Assembly: GCA_963705725.1 (NCBI GenBank)
Contig: CAVPKM010000007.1
Location: 1 to 64,000, forward strand
Direction: 5' to 3'
Origin: an uncultured Gammaproteobacteria bacterium
GTDB taxonomy: Bacteria > Pseudomonadota > Gammaproteobacteria > UBA6002
DNA length: 64,000 nt
The notes beneath the pieces were generated by a model. It was not told the DNA's origin, ran no database searches, and worked only from the letters and a program-made list of their open reading frames with translations. Below are positions 39,748 through 49,965 of this stretch, one piece after another; within the stretch, counting starts at the first letter, position 1; every line of letters starts with the position of its first letter. Both the position numbers and the translations under genes were made by a program.

Positions 39748-40474
39748 TAGTTACCCAAAAATAATTGAGAAGTTTGTGATATATCATTCCCACGTAATTA
39801 CGATTGATGGTCCGAGTGGTTCTGGAAAAGGAACAATGGCGAAGCTCATTGCAAAGACTTTAGGATGGCATTATCTAGAAAGCGGCGCATTATATAGAGT
39901 ACTGGCTTTTGCAGCGATCAAAAAAGACATTAAGCTCGATGATGTTGATGCTTTGGCTCATGAAGCGAGTTTATTGCCAGTGAGGTTTGACCCAAAAGAC
40001 GAGAGTAAAATCTATTGGGAAAATCATGAAGTCACTGATGAAATCCATACCGAATTTTATGGAAATCTTGCGTCTCAAATCGCTGCAATTCCCACTGTTC
40101 GAGAAGCGCTGCTTGCTAGACAACGTATTTTTAAAGCCTCTCCTGGCCTAGTAACAGATGGCAGGGATATGGGTACCATGGTTTTTCCTGATGCAGAATT
40201 AAAATTTTTTCTGACAGCAGGGCGAGAGGAAAGAGCGAAAAGGCGATACGCGCAGTTGAAACAAAAAGGGATTAATGTTAGCCTCGAGAGCGTAATAAAC
40301 GAATTGACCGAACGTGACTATCGAGATGAAAATCGAATTGCTTCGCCGCTAAAACCTGCTGCAGACGCAATATTGATCGATTCAACCTCACTTAATGTTG
40401 AGCAGACATTTATAGAAATTATCAGTCGTGTTCGTGAAACATTTGGGACCTCTACTGACTTATATCCTTCATGA
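39731..40474 (+). CDS. cmk: Cytidylate kinase
   Basis: ITIDGPSGSGKGT, SGALYR, DGRDMGT; the true start may be slightly downstream. Confidence 0.95.
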   Translation: MLTCANSYPKIIEKFVIYHSHVITIDGPSGSGKGTMAKLIAKTLGWHYLESGALYRVLAFAAIKKDIKLDDVDALAHEASLLPVRFDPKDESKIYWENHEVTDEIHTEFYGNLASQIAAIPTVREALLARQRIFKASPGLVTDGRDMGTMVFPDAELKFFLTAGREERAKRRYAQLKQKGINVSLESVINELTERDYRDENRIASPLKPAADAILIDSTSLNVEQTFIEIISRVRETFGTSTDLYPS

Positions 40475-40564
40475 AGGGAAGGGTCTATATCGTAGAGGCT
40501 TGTTAATTAACTATCATGCTAGGAGCATGATCCATCTAGAAATGGATTTTGTTAAGGTTATTAT

Positions 40565-42238
40565 ATGTCAGAAAATTTTGCGCAATTACTTAAAGAAAGC
40601 TTAGAGCAAATCGATCTACGTCCCGGTTCTGTTATTACTGCCACCATCACACAGATTGGTCAAGATGCAGTGATCGTTAATGCCGGTCTTAAATCAGACG
40701 CGATTATTTCCATTGATGAATTTCTAGATGATCATGGTAAACTTCAAGTTAAACCAGGCGAAAAAGTTAAGGTTGTCGTTGAAACTATTGAGGATGGGTT
40801 TGGTGAAACCCGTTTATCCCGCGAGAAAGCAAAGCGTGCAGAGGCATGGCGAATTCTCGAAAATGCTTATGAAAAAAAGGAAACCGTACAAGGCGTGATC
40901 ACAGAGCGCGTAAAAGGCGGATTTACCGTTTCTGTCAATTCTATTCGCGCGTTTTTACCTGGATCACTTGTTGACGTCAGGCCGGTGCGTGATCCTTCAT
41001 TCCTTGAAGGCAAAGAGCTTGGTTTCAAAATTATTAAAATGGACAAAAAACGCAGCAACATCGTTGTTTCTCGTCGAGCAGTGGTTGAAGAGGAATCCGG
41101 ATCAGAACGCGAAGCATTGCTTGAAAACCTTCAAGAAGGTCAAGTTGTCACAGGTGTAGTAAAAAATATTACCGATTATGGTGCCTTTGTTGATTTAGGC
41201 GGAGTAGATGGCTTATTGCATATCACCGATATGTCTTGGAAGCGTGTTAAACATCCTAGTGAGATGTTAACGGTAGGGGAAGAAATTACCGTTAAAGTCT
41301 TGAAGTATGATCGAGATAAAAAGCGTGTTTCATTAGGCTTAAAACAATTAGGTGAAGATCCTTGGTCAAATATTGCAAGACGATATCCAGTTGGTACGCG
41401 TTTATTTGGTAATGTGACAAATCTTGCAGATTATGGTTGCTTTGTGGAAATTGAAAATGGCATAGAAGGTTTAGTCCATATGTCAGAAATGGATTGGACG
41501 AATAAAAACATCCACCCAGCTAAAGTTGTACAAATTGGCGATGAAGTTGAAGTAATGGTGTTAGATATTGATGAAGAAAGACGCCGAATTTCGCTTGGTA
41601 TCAAACAGTGTCAACCTAATCCTTGGAAAGAATTTTCAGAGCATCATGAAAAAGATGAAGTGGTTAAGGGAAGCATCAAATCTATTACAGATTTTGGTAT
41701 ATTCATTGGGCTAGAAGGTGGAATTGATGGCTTAGTTCATTTATCAGATATTTCTTGGAAAGAATCTGGAGAGGAAGCGGTTCGTCGTTACAAAAAAGGC
41801 CAAGAAGTTGAGGCAATCATTCTTGCAATTGATCCAGAACGCGAACGAATTTCACTGGGTATTAAACAATTGGAACATGATCCTTTTGGTAAGTTCGCGG
41901 ACGAACATGAAAGAGGCGATGCCATTAAAGGAAAAGTAATTGAAGTTGAAGCTAAACACGCGGTGATTGCAATTACAGACGATGTGCAAGGCCAGCTACG
42001 TGCTGTAGATTTAGTAGATGAGCGAGTTAAAGATGTTAGAGAACACCTAAAAGAAGGTGATGAAATCGAAACAAAAATCGCAAATATTGATCGAAAAAAT
42101 CGTGTTATTAATTTAACTATGCGTGAAATTGAGCAACAACCAGCACCAACAGTCAAGCGTAGTAAACCTGAAGCTCCTACCGCTACCACACTTGGAGATC
42201 TCTTAAAAGAGCAGATCGAAGCTAAAAAAGAGGAGTAG
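40565..42238 (+). CDS. rpsA: 30S ribosomal protein S1
   Basis: Repeated S1 domains ([40 protein letters not shown]). Confidence 0.98.
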   Translation: MSENFAQLLKESLEQIDLRPGSVITATITQIGQDAVIVNAGLKSDAIISIDEFLDDHGKLQVKPGEKVKVVVETIEDGFGETRLSREKAKRAEAWRILENAYEKKETVQGVITERVKGGFTVSVNSIRAFLPGSLVDVRPVRDPSFLEGKELGFKIIKMDKKRSNIVVSRRAVVEEESGSEREALLENLQEGQVVTGVVKNITDYGAFVDLGGVDGLLHITDMSWKRVKHPSEMLTVGEEITVKVLKYDRDKKRVSLGLKQLGEDPWSNIARRYPVGTRLFGNVTNLADYGCFVEIENGIEGLVHMSEMDWTNKNIHPAKVVQIGDEVEVMVLDIDEERRRISLGIKQCQPNPWKEFSEHHEKDEVVKGSIKSITDFGIFIGLEGGIDGLVHLSDISWKESGEEAVRRYKKGQEVEAIILAIDPERERISLGIKQLEHDPFGKFADEHERGDAIKGKVIEVEAKHAVIAITDDVQGQLRAVDLVDERVKDVREHLKEGDEIETKIANIDRKNRVINLTMREIEQQPAPTVKRSKPEAPTATTLGDLLKEQIEAKKEE

Positions 42239-42278
42239 TTACCAACTACTTCAGCACAGATGCGAGTGCCGGTCCTTT

Positions 42279-42304
42279 GTCGTCCCGCGGCTTGTCCGCG
42301 GGAT
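42279..42304 (+). repeat. RPE-like palindromic element, copy 1
   Basis: GTCGTCCCGCGG-CTTGT-CCGCGGGAT, a GC-rich hairpin in an AT-rich genome. Confidence 0.7.
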
Positions 42305-42367
42305 GATATCTGAACGTTTTAGTTGTCTAGTTCAACGCCATTGCTTACTAAAATAGCTGGGATTTTT

Positions 42368-42640
42368 ATGAAAATTTTCACCTATGTGATTGCCATCATT
42401 TTAATACTTTTCGGTTTATCCTTCGCGCTGTTAAATGCAAATGCCGTTAAATTGGATTATTATTTTGGTTCTGTGGATATCTCATTATCTTTATTGCTTA
42501 TCCTGACGGTCGGTCTTGGTATCTTGATTGGATTAATGTTTTCTCTTGCACCCTTATTAAAACTCAAGCGCAAAAACTATCAGCTGCGTTCACGGATCAA
42601 ACAGCTTGAGAATGAAATATTGGCTGACAAATCAACCTAA
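42368..42640 (+). CDS. lapA: LPS assembly protein A
   Basis: Two transmembrane segments, FALLNANAVKLDYYFG, basic coiled tail; upstream of lapB. Confidence 0.85.
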   Translation: MKIFTYVIAIILILFGLSFALLNANAVKLDYYFGSVDISLSLLLILTVGLGILIGLMFSLAPLLKLKRKNYQLRSRIKQLENEILADKST

Positions 42641-42656
42641 ATAATTCCCCCAAGCC

Positions 42657-42682
42657 TTCCTGCGGCTTGTTCGCGGGATCCA
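42657..42682 (+). repeat. RPE-like palindromic element, copy 2 (degenerate)
   Basis: TTCCTGCGG-CTTGT-TCGCGGGATCCA. Confidence 0.65.
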
Positions 42683-42744
42683 AGTAAATTTTCTATAACC
42701 AAGGGCATAGGGTATAGGGCATAGTTACCTAAAGGATTAGTTAC

Positions 42745-43908
42745 ATGATAGAACTTTTACTACTTTTACTTCCAGTTGCCTCTGTTTCTGGATGGTACAT
42801 GGGTAGGAGAAGTCAACAGGTTCCAGAAAATTTAACGAATATTTTACATCGCGACTATTTTATCGGTCTGAATTACTTAATTAATGAACAACCAGATAAA
42901 GCAGTAGATATTTTTATTAAGCTGCTAGCGGTAGATCGGGATACAATTGATACACACTTAGCCTTGGGCAGTCTTTTTCGAAAAAGAGGGGAGGTGGATA
43001 GAGCAATTCGCATACATCAAAATCTAATTACACGACCTCAGCTCGAACAGGCGCAAAGAATAGAAGCGATTCATGAACTCGCTCAAGATTATCTTCGCGC
43101 TGGCGTTTTAGATCAAGCCGAAAGGCTTTTTTTGGAATTAATAAATAAAAATCAGCAAATGTCTTCTAGCCTTCGCTTTTTATTGAGCATTTATCAACAA
43201 CAAAAAGATTGGCATCAAGCAATCAAAACAGCAACCCTCCTCCAAAAAGAGGCGGGTGAAAAAATGCAAGCTACTATTGCACATTACTATTGTGAGCTTG
43301 CTGAAAATGACCGTTCTGAAGCAGAAGCTGATAAAATTTTAATGTATTTAAATCATGCCCTTTCAATTGATCCCAATTGCGTGCGAGCAAGCTTTGCTTT
43401 AGCAGAAGTTGCAATTAGAATTGGAGATTATGAAGCTGCAATTGTTCATTATAAAACTATACCTTCGCAAGATCTTGATTATCTTTCAGAAACCATGGTT
43501 CCACTGCGTTTTTGTTATGAAAAACTCAAGCAAGAAGAAGAATATATTAATTATCTCTGGTCACATTTAACAAAAAATCCGCGAACAACGATTGTGATTG
43601 CTATATCTGAATACATTAAGAAACAAGAGGGGATTAGAGCGGCAATTAACTTTCTTGCGGAACAGATCCGAAAGTCTCCTTCATTAAGAGGATTAAATCA
43701 CTTAATCCAACTTTATCTCGATATCTCAACAGGAGATGCAAAGGATAAACTCCGATTGCTACAGGACCTGGTCGTCACCTTAATAACAGACAAACCGACT
43801 TATCGTTGTAATGATTGTGGTTTTGCTACTTCTACCCTATATTGGTACTGTCCAGGCTGTAAGCATTGGAGCACCGTTCGTCCTTTGACCGGGGTAGTCG
43901 GGACTTAA
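42745..43908 (+). CDS. lapB: LPS assembly protein B
   Basis: GLNYLINEQPDKA, RGEVDRAIRIHQNL, TPRs, rubredoxin-like CNDCG...WYCPGCKHW. Confidence 0.95.
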   Translation: MIELLLLLLPVASVSGWYMGRRSQQVPENLTNILHRDYFIGLNYLINEQPDKAVDIFIKLLAVDRDTIDTHLALGSLFRKRGEVDRAIRIHQNLITRPQLEQAQRIEAIHELAQDYLRAGVLDQAERLFLELINKNQQMSSSLRFLLSIYQQQKDWHQAIKTATLLQKEAGEKMQATIAHYYCELAENDRSEAEADKILMYLNHALSIDPNCVRASFALAEVAIRIGDYEAAIVHYKTIPSQDLDYLSETMVPLRFCYEKLKQEEEYINYLWSHLTKNPRTTIVIAISEYIKKQEGIRAAINFLAEQIRKSPSLRGLNHLIQLYLDISTGDAKDKLRLLQDLVVTLITDKPTYRCNDCGFATSTLYWYCPGCKHWSTVRPLTGVVGT

Positions 43909-43958
43909 AAAACAAGGTACGCTATACACAAAGTGACTGGATAAAAAATAGTTTGACT

Positions 43959-44297
43959 ATGTTAAAATTTTTAACATTATTCTTGATCTTAATTGCTTTA
44001 AATTGCAGAGCTGCACCAGTTTATTGGGAGCAGGTATTACATTATCGATCAATCCATACCGCACCCAATCGAGTGTTGATCGTTCCTTTAAAAGTCAATT
44101 TAAATACAGCAGATAAAAAAACACTCATGCAACTAAGCGGCATTGGTGATAAAAAAGCTGAGGCTATTATTCATTACCGAGAACAAAAGGGTCCCTTTAA
44201 AAATGTTCAAGAGCTCAGTAAGGTTCAAGGAATAACAAAAAAAATCTTTAAACAAATTATTGAAAATAATAAAAATCTTTTTGAAGACTTGATGTGA
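43959..44297 (+). CDS. ComEA-like helix-hairpin-helix DNA-binding protein
   Basis: VNLNTADKKTLMQLSGIGDKKAEAIIHYREQKGPFKNVQELSKVQGI, with N-terminal signal-like segment. Confidence 0.88.
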   Translation: MLKFLTLFLILIALNCRAAPVYWEQVLHYRSIHTAPNRVLIVPLKVNLNTADKKTLMQLSGIGDKKAEAIIHYREQKGPFKNVQELSKVQGITKKIFKQIIENNKNLFEDLM

Positions 44298-44306
44298 GCA
44301 AATAAT

Positions 44307-45164
44307 ATGTTAGTAAAAAAAGCGGTTTTTCCTGTTGCAGGTCTTGGCACTCGTTTTTTGCCAGCAACAAAAGCTAATCCTAAAGAGATGTTACCTATTG
44401 TAGACAAACCGTTGATTCAATATGCGGTTGAAGAAGCAATTGTGGCAGGCATCACAGAACTTATTTTTGTAACCAGTATTAGTAAACGGGCAATAGAGGA
44501 TCACTTTGATTCAAATTTTGAATTAGAGTCAAAATTGGCAGAAAGGGGTAAGGCAGAGCTTTTGGCCATTGTCCAAAATATTCTTCCACCTGGAATTTCA
44601 TGTATTTATATTCGACAAACTCATCCATTAGGATTAGGGCATGCAGTGCTATGTGCAAAAAATATTGTGGGTAATGAGCCTTTTGCGGTGTTATTGGCTG
44701 ATGATTTAATTGATTGCGGTGATGCGCAGTGTTTGTCTAAAATGGTAGAAGTTTATGAAAATACCAAATGTGCTGTCATTGCTGCCGAAGAAGTCTTGCC
44801 GAGTGAATCAGATAAGTACGGAATGATAAAATTAAGTCAACAGAATACAATCGAAGCGATTATCGAAAAACCGCCCACCCATGAAGCACCCTCAACGCTT
44901 GCGGCCGTTGGACGTTACATCCTCCCTGCAAGAATTTTTGCACTGCTAGAAACATTAGAGAGAGGAAAGGGCGATGAAATTCAGTTGACTGATGCCATCT
45001 CACTGCTGCTTGAAGAACAAAGCGTGCACGTATTTCAGTTTGAAGGAATTCGTTATGATTGTGGAACAAAACTTGGATATCTTCAGGCAATGGTAGCGCA
45101 GGCATGTAAACATCCAGAAGTTGCTGAAGAATTTAAACAATATTTACGATCATTAAATTTTTAA
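44307..45164 (+). CDS. galU: UTP-glucose-1-phosphate uridylyltransferase
   Basis: KAVFPVAGLGTRFLPATKANPKEMLPIVDKP, LGLGHAV, EIQLTDAI. Confidence 0.96.
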   Translation: MLVKKAVFPVAGLGTRFLPATKANPKEMLPIVDKPLIQYAVEEAIVAGITELIFVTSISKRAIEDHFDSNFELESKLAERGKAELLAIVQNILPPGISCIYIRQTHPLGLGHAVLCAKNIVGNEPFAVLLADDLIDCGDAQCLSKMVEVYENTKCAVIAAEEVLPSESDKYGMIKLSQQNTIEAIIEKPPTHEAPSTLAAVGRYILPARIFALLETLERGKGDEIQLTDAISLLLEEQSVHVFQFEGIRYDCGTKLGYLQAMVAQACKHPEVAEEFKQYLRSLNF

Positions 45165-45174
45165 GCACGAATCG

Positions 45175-45807
45175 ATGAGCGCTCCTTTTTTAGAAGTGAT
45201 TAATGTCACCTGTACCCGTCATTTTCAACCATTATTCATGCCCATTTCCTTTAGGCTATATCCAGGTGAAGCATTACATATTTGTGGGGAAAATGGTGTG
45301 GGTAAAAGTACTTTTTTACGTACACTCTCGGGACTTTATACGCAATATGTAGGAAAAATTTTTTGGCAAGAGATGGCGATTGAAGAAGCAGCACATCAAA
45401 AAAAAATTTTTTATTTAGGTCATAAAAACACGATTAAATTAAACTTAACAGTTATCGAAAATCTTAGTCTATCTGCCTCATTGCAAAAAAAAGTCACAAA
45501 GAGAAAAGTGATCAGTACGCTCGATCAAATGGGTTTAACACATAAACAGCTAACCTTAGCAAGTATGCTATCTGCCGGACAAAAACAGCGATTAGCGCTT
45601 GCCAAGTTGTTGCTGACAAAAGCAAAGTTTTGGATTTTAGATGAACCATTTGTTTCTCTCGATCAAGCAGGGATAGCATGCATTCGGCAGATATTAAATT
45701 CCCATCTTGCAGCGGGTGGAATTTGTCTATTTACCTGTCACCAGGTAACGGATGAATTTAGTTATCCTTATCTACAGTTAATAACTCAACAAAGTCGTGA
45801 GTGGTAG
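45175..45807 (+). CDS. ccmA: Cytochrome c biogenesis ATPase
   Basis: GENGVGKST, YLGH, LSAGQKQR, WILDEPF. Confidence 0.92.
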   Translation: MSAPFLEVINVTCTRHFQPLFMPISFRLYPGEALHICGENGVGKSTFLRTLSGLYTQYVGKIFWQEMAIEEAAHQKKIFYLGHKNTIKLNLTVIENLSLSASLQKKVTKRKVISTLDQMGLTHKQLTLASMLSAGQKQRLALAKLLLTKAKFWILDEPFVSLDQAGIACIRQILNSHLAAGGICLFTCHQVTDEFSYPYLQLITQQSREW

Positions 45808-45810
45808 CGC

Positions 45811-46476
45811 GTGGTTTCATTTTTTATCACAATAAAAAGAGAGATAACTATTGCATTAAGACGAAAAATTGACTACCTCAATCCGCTAGGTTTTTTTCTT
45901 TTAATTATTTTGCTTTTCCCCTTGGCGATTACTTCAGATATAAAAATGCTGGCACTAATTGGTCCTGGGGTAATTTGGATAGGCTTGTTATTTGCCAATT
46001 TATTATCGGTTGAAAATCTTTTTAGCGTAGATTTTGAAGATGGTACTTTAGAGCAGATGTGGCTTAATTCTAATTCATTTATATTAGTGATTTTAGGGAA
46101 ATTAATAGTCTATTGGATATTGACTGCCTTCCCGCTAATTGGGATAAGTGTCTTGGCCGGAATCCTCTATGAGCTAAATATTAAAATTATCTACTTATTA
46201 TTATCAAGTCTGCTGTTAGGATCACCGGTACTTGTCCTATTATCAGCGCTAGGGTCTGCGTTAACCTTGGGGCTTAGAAATAGAGGGTTAGTGCTTATTT
46301 TATTAGTTATCCCACTTTTTATTCCGATTTTAATATTTGGGGCAGGCGCAGTAAATCATGCTGCGCAAGCTATGGCGTTTGAAAGTCAACTATATTTTCT
46401 AGGCGCATTATTAATTTTGGCTCTAACCTTTCTTCCGCTGGCCATTACGTCGGCATTAAAAATCAGTTTAGAGTGA
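45811..46476 (+). CDS. ccmB: Heme exporter protein B
   Basis: GPGVIW, DFEDGTLEQ, PLFIPILIFG. Confidence 0.93.
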   Translation: MVSFFITIKREITIALRRKIDYLNPLGFFLLIILLFPLAITSDIKMLALIGPGVIWIGLLFANLLSVENLFSVDFEDGTLEQMWLNSNSFILVILGKLIVYWILTAFPLIGISVLAGILYELNIKIIYLLLSSLLLGSPVLVLLSALGSALTLGLRNRGLVLILLVIPLFIPILIFGAGAVNHAAQAMAFESQLYFLGALLILALTFLPLAITSALKISLE

Positions 46477-46491
46477 AAGGTCACTACTCGT

Positions 46492-46543
46492 CCCAGGAAG
46501 GAAACGGTGCGTTGAACAGACTCTTACCCTGTGAGCAGTCACA
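46492..46543 (+). repeat. Dispersed intergenic repeat, copy 3
   Basis: CCCAGGAAGGAAACGGTGCGTTGAACAGACTCTTACCCTGTGAGCAGTCACA. Confidence 0.85.
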
Positions 46544-46735
46544 ATGAAAGAATGAAATTCGGAAAGGTTTGTAAGCTAGACTAGCAAACTGATGTAAGTA
46601 ACTTCACTGGTATCCGCTGTAATTAATTGTAAATTAAGAAAAATTTATAACTCGCGCCTTTTTAATCAATGCATTTTTCCAAGCTATTTTACACTCCTTA
46701 ACTATAATTACGCCATTAAATTTAGGGGAAGCAAT

Positions 46736-48010
46736 ATGGCGACATACAGCGTATATGATAATATTTTGATTAAATTAGAAAATGTGTTTATGAAAGTAGA
46801 GATGGATGTGGATAAGGAACAGTCAGAGCTATTATCAGAACACTTGAGGTTAAATTTTCAACTATCTGATTTAAAAAGCAAAATTGATATCTTAAATTCA
46901 TTGAAGCGCAGTTATGATCTTCACTCTGAAGATAGTGGTGAAATTGAAAAACTGCGTAAAAATATATTTAAAGCTTTATGTGATAAACAGTTGCAACTGC
47001 GCTTTATTCAAGAAAAAGAATTGCTTCTAACCTATTATTCACGGTCACAGTTGTTACAAGATTTGCCGACTGTTATTCAAATAAACCGAGAATTTCGATT
47101 AAGAAAAAGTTTGCTAGAAATTGAGTTATTAGCAAAATTTTTGGCAGATGATAAACGTTTTGCTGAATTTTATCATGAACTGGAAAGGGCAAATGAAATA
47201 TTTGATTTAGCGGTTGAATCCGGGGCAAATGATAAATTAGAAAATGCCCTCTCGCTATTCCAACGTTTTTTTGAAAAAGTCTGTCACTTTTTTAATTTAG
47301 AGTCCTCCTTAGTGGAGGAATTTAAACAGTTTAAAACTCAGATCTCTTTGCAAGCAAATTCAGTTTTAGGATTAACTGCTAAAGATTTGGACAGTCTGGA
47401 AGCTTTTTCTTATGTTTATCAAGATATCGCAAATAAACGAATCAGCTTGGAACTTGAAACAGATAAATTATTTTATCAATACAGCATGTTTCAAAATGGT
47501 AAAAGCATTATTCAAGCGGAGATAAAAAATACGCATGGAGAGCTTGAAAGTATTTTATTCAAAGAATATGCGATTAAGCAAAAAATGAAAGAGCTTAAGC
47601 AGTATAAAATAGAACTAAATCATCAAAAAGAAGATTTCATGAAAGATCCTACTGTCGATGGCTATGCCGAGGCCATGCGCCAACTGGAGCAGGTTGAAAC
47701 GCGTTTCAGAAGACTGATGATGCACAAAAACTTTGAAAAACCTTCGCTAGTATCAAGATTTTTTGCAGTGAATAGAACGAAAAAAATTAAAAAAAATGAA
47801 AGAACTTATTATAACAAAAATCTCTTCCAAATACTGCATAACAGCCGCGTGACCACTCAAGATAAAATGATTATCTTGAGACTTTCAAAACCCTCTAAAG
47901 TGATTAATACCTCAACGGGTAAGCTTTTTTATCAACGCACGAACAAGTTAAGATCGCTAAAAAGCTTAGAACAAACTATTTCTAGCCTTCAATCAAAAAA
48001 TTTACATTAG
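46736..48010 (+). CDS. Hypothetical coiled-coil protein, effector-like
   Basis: 424-aa L/K/E-rich helical ORF, AGGGG RBS, own terminator; no family recognised. Confidence 0.7.
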   Translation: MATYSVYDNILIKLENVFMKVEMDVDKEQSELLSEHLRLNFQLSDLKSKIDILNSLKRSYDLHSEDSGEIEKLRKNIFKALCDKQLQLRFIQEKELLLTYYSRSQLLQDLPTVIQINREFRLRKSLLEIELLAKFLADDKRFAEFYHELERANEIFDLAVESGANDKLENALSLFQRFFEKVCHFFNLESSLVEEFKQFKTQISLQANSVLGLTAKDLDSLEAFSYVYQDIANKRISLELETDKLFYQYSMFQNGKSIIQAEIKNTHGELESILFKEYAIKQKMKELKQYKIELNHQKEDFMKDPTVDGYAEAMRQLEQVETRFRRLMMHKNFEKPSLVSRFFAVNRTKKIKKNERTYYNKNLFQILHNSRVTTQDKMIILRLSKPSKVINTSTGKLFYQRTNKLRSLKSLEQTISSLQSKNLH

Positions 48011-48018
48011 CCAATAAG

Positions 48019-48040
48019 GCGGTAAATGAAAATTTACCGC
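48019..48040. terminator. Hairpin between convergent genes
   Basis: GCGGTAAAT-GAAA-ATTTACCGC. Confidence 0.75.
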
Positions 48041-48045
48041 TGAGC

Positions 48046-48198
48046 CTAAATCCTTCCTGATAAGAGAAGTATCAATAATATAATAAAAATAACTCCTAAA
48101 ATACCAGTCGGATAATAACCCCAACCTCGACTATGAGGCCAAGCAGGAAAGGCGCCTATTGCTAATATAATTAGAATAATCAATAATATAGTAATCAT
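48046..48198 (-). CDS. DUF3309 family small membrane protein (50 aa, missed by the ORF track)
   Basis: MITILLIILIILAIGAFPAWPHSRGWGYYPTGILGVIFIILLILLLSGRI; signature GAxPxWPHSRxWGYYP; GGAG RBS. Confidence 0.9.
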   Translation of the reverse strand: MITILLIILIILAIGAFPAWPHSRGWGYYPTGILGVIFIILLILLLSGRI

Positions 48199-48259
48199 AT
48201 TTAATGCTCCTATTTTAAAAAAATTATAGTACTTTTTATCTAGTATTATTAGTTTTTTT
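48135..48259 (+). repeat. Direct repeat A (5' part and upstream region of the DUF3309 gene)
   Basis: Aligns along its length with 55823..55945; its first 20 bp match 54106..54125 at 18/20. Confidence 0.9.
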
Positions 48260-48260
48260 A

Positions 48261-49358
48261 TTAAGAAGCCGCAAATCTAGCAACCCTATCAAGCTGCGCA
48301 ACAACCTTGTTTCCCATCTCACAGGTGGATAACAACATTCCCTCAGCAGTCATCATATCTTTTGTTCTAAATCCTTCATCCAAAATAGTCGTCACTGCCG
48401 TTTGAATCATTTGCGCTTCTTGATCCAGTTTAAACGAGTATTTGAACATCATGGCGACACTTAATATGGCAGCCAGTGGATTGGCGATATTTAGTCCTGC
48501 AATATCAGGAGCACTGCCGTGGATCGGTTCGTACAAGGAGTAATGCTCGCCGAAAGAAGCCGATGGCAGCATGCCGAGTGATCCGGTCAACATTGATGCT
48601 TCATCTGATAAAATATCACCGAACAAATTTGCCGTAAGCATGACATCAAATTGTTTTGGATTACGGATCAACTGCATGGCCGCATTATCCACATACATAT
48701 TTGAAAGACTGATATCTGGATAGTCATGATCTCGTATCGCTTGCACCGTATTTCGCCACAACATCGAGGTTTCCAGTACGTTCGCTTTATCAACCGAGCA
48801 CACCTGATTATTCCGAAGTCTCGCCAATTCAAAGGCAACACGGGCTATTCGCTCAATTTCAGATTTCGAATAGCGCATGGTGTTAATACCAACCTCTTGG
48901 CCGTCAACAAGGCTAATACCGCGCGGTTCACCAAAATACACATCTCCGGTCAACTCGCGAACAATCATTAAATCCAGACCATTAATACACGCTGATTTTA
49001 ATGGCGATGATTCTGCCAGTGCTTGAAAAACAATGACAGGTCTTAAATTGGCAAAAAGACCCAATCCCTGACGGATACCCAGCAATCCCTTCTCGGGTTT
49101 ATGTGTATTTTCAACATGATCCCATTTCGGCCCGCCAACGGCACCCAACAAAATGCTATCCGATTTTTTGGCAGTTGCCATGGTCTCTTTATCTAACGGT
49201 TCGCCGCTATGATCAATCGATGCTCCACCGATTAAGCCATGAATTAAATTAAAGTGGTGCGCTGAATTTTGGTTAAACCACTGCAAAACCTTAACACCTT
49301 CTGCAGTCACTTCCGGGCCAATGCCATCACCGGGTAAAACCAGAATGGTTTTATTCAT
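48261..49358 (-). CDS. leuB: 3-isopropylmalate dehydrogenase
   Basis: LPGDGIGPEV, GAVGGPKW, LFANLRP, SVDKANVL, NLFGDILSDEA, YEPIHGSAPDIAG. Confidence 0.97.
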   Translation of the reverse strand: MNKTILVLPGDGIGPEVTAEGVKVLQWFNQNSAHHFNLIHGLIGGASIDHSGEPLDKETMATAKKSDSILLGAVGGPKWDHVENTHKPEKGLLGIRQGLGLFANLRPVIVFQALAESSPLKSACINGLDLMIVRELTGDVYFGEPRGISLVDGQEVGINTMRYSKSEIERIARVAFELARLRNNQVCSVDKANVLETSMLWRNTVQAIRDHDYPDISLSNMYVDNAAMQLIRNPKQFDVMLTANLFGDILSDEASMLTGSLGMLPSASFGEHYSLYEPIHGSAPDIAGLNIANPLAAILSVAMMFKYSFKLDQEAQMIQTAVTTILDEGFRTKDMMTAEGMLLSTCEMGNKVVAQLDRVARFAAS

Positions 49359-49965
49359 GAATAACTCCTTCAAACAGCCAGGGTTGCGCTATTTTTTGTT
49401 GGTTTTCAAACACCGATATCACCTCTTCATAGGCCAATGTTTCGCCAATTTCATCCAATCCCTTGAGCAAGGTTTCCCGGCGCCAGGCATCAATACAAAA
49501 AGGTATTTCCAGTGTATCAACACGGATGATTTGAGATTCCAAATCGACTGTCACCAGGTTATTGTTTCGCTCAACAAGCCGTTGGATGTGCGCTTTTGGC
49601 AGGACAACAGGCAGCAAGCCGTTTTTAAAACAATTACTATAAAATATATCAGCAAAGCTTGGGGCTATGATCACCTGAATTCCGAAATCAAGTAAAGACC
49701 ACACAGCATGCTCGCGACTTGAGCCACAGCCAAAATTTTCCTCAGCCAACAAAATCCTCGTCTGTTGGAAGTTTGGCTGATTCAAAATGAAATCGCGTTT
49801 TGGCTGATTCGCTTCATCGTAACGCATTTCAGCAAATAACCAAGTTCCCAATCCCGTGCGTTTTATCGTTTTAAGGTATTGCTTGGGTATAATCATATCG
49901 GTATCAATATTTGCAACGGGCAAATAAGCCATAACACTTGTGATTGTTTTAAATGCTTGCATCAT
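49351..49965 (-). CDS. leuD: 3-isopropylmalate dehydratase small subunit
   Basis: [38 protein letters not shown]. Confidence 0.97.
   Translation of the reverse strand: MMQAFKTITSVMAYLPVANIDTDMIIPKQYLKTIKRTGLGTWLFAEMRYDEANQPKRDFILNQPNFQQTRILLAEENFGCGSSREHAVWSLLDFGIQVIIAPSFADIFYSNCFKNGLLPVVLPKAHIQRLVERNNNLVTVDLESQIIRVDTLEIPFCIDAWRRETLLKGLDEIGETLAYEEVISVFENQQKIAQPWLFEGVIHE

Noticed and set aside
42702-42724. Short AGGGYAT tandem repeat before lapB
   Set aside because: Only about three imperfect units; no support for a function.
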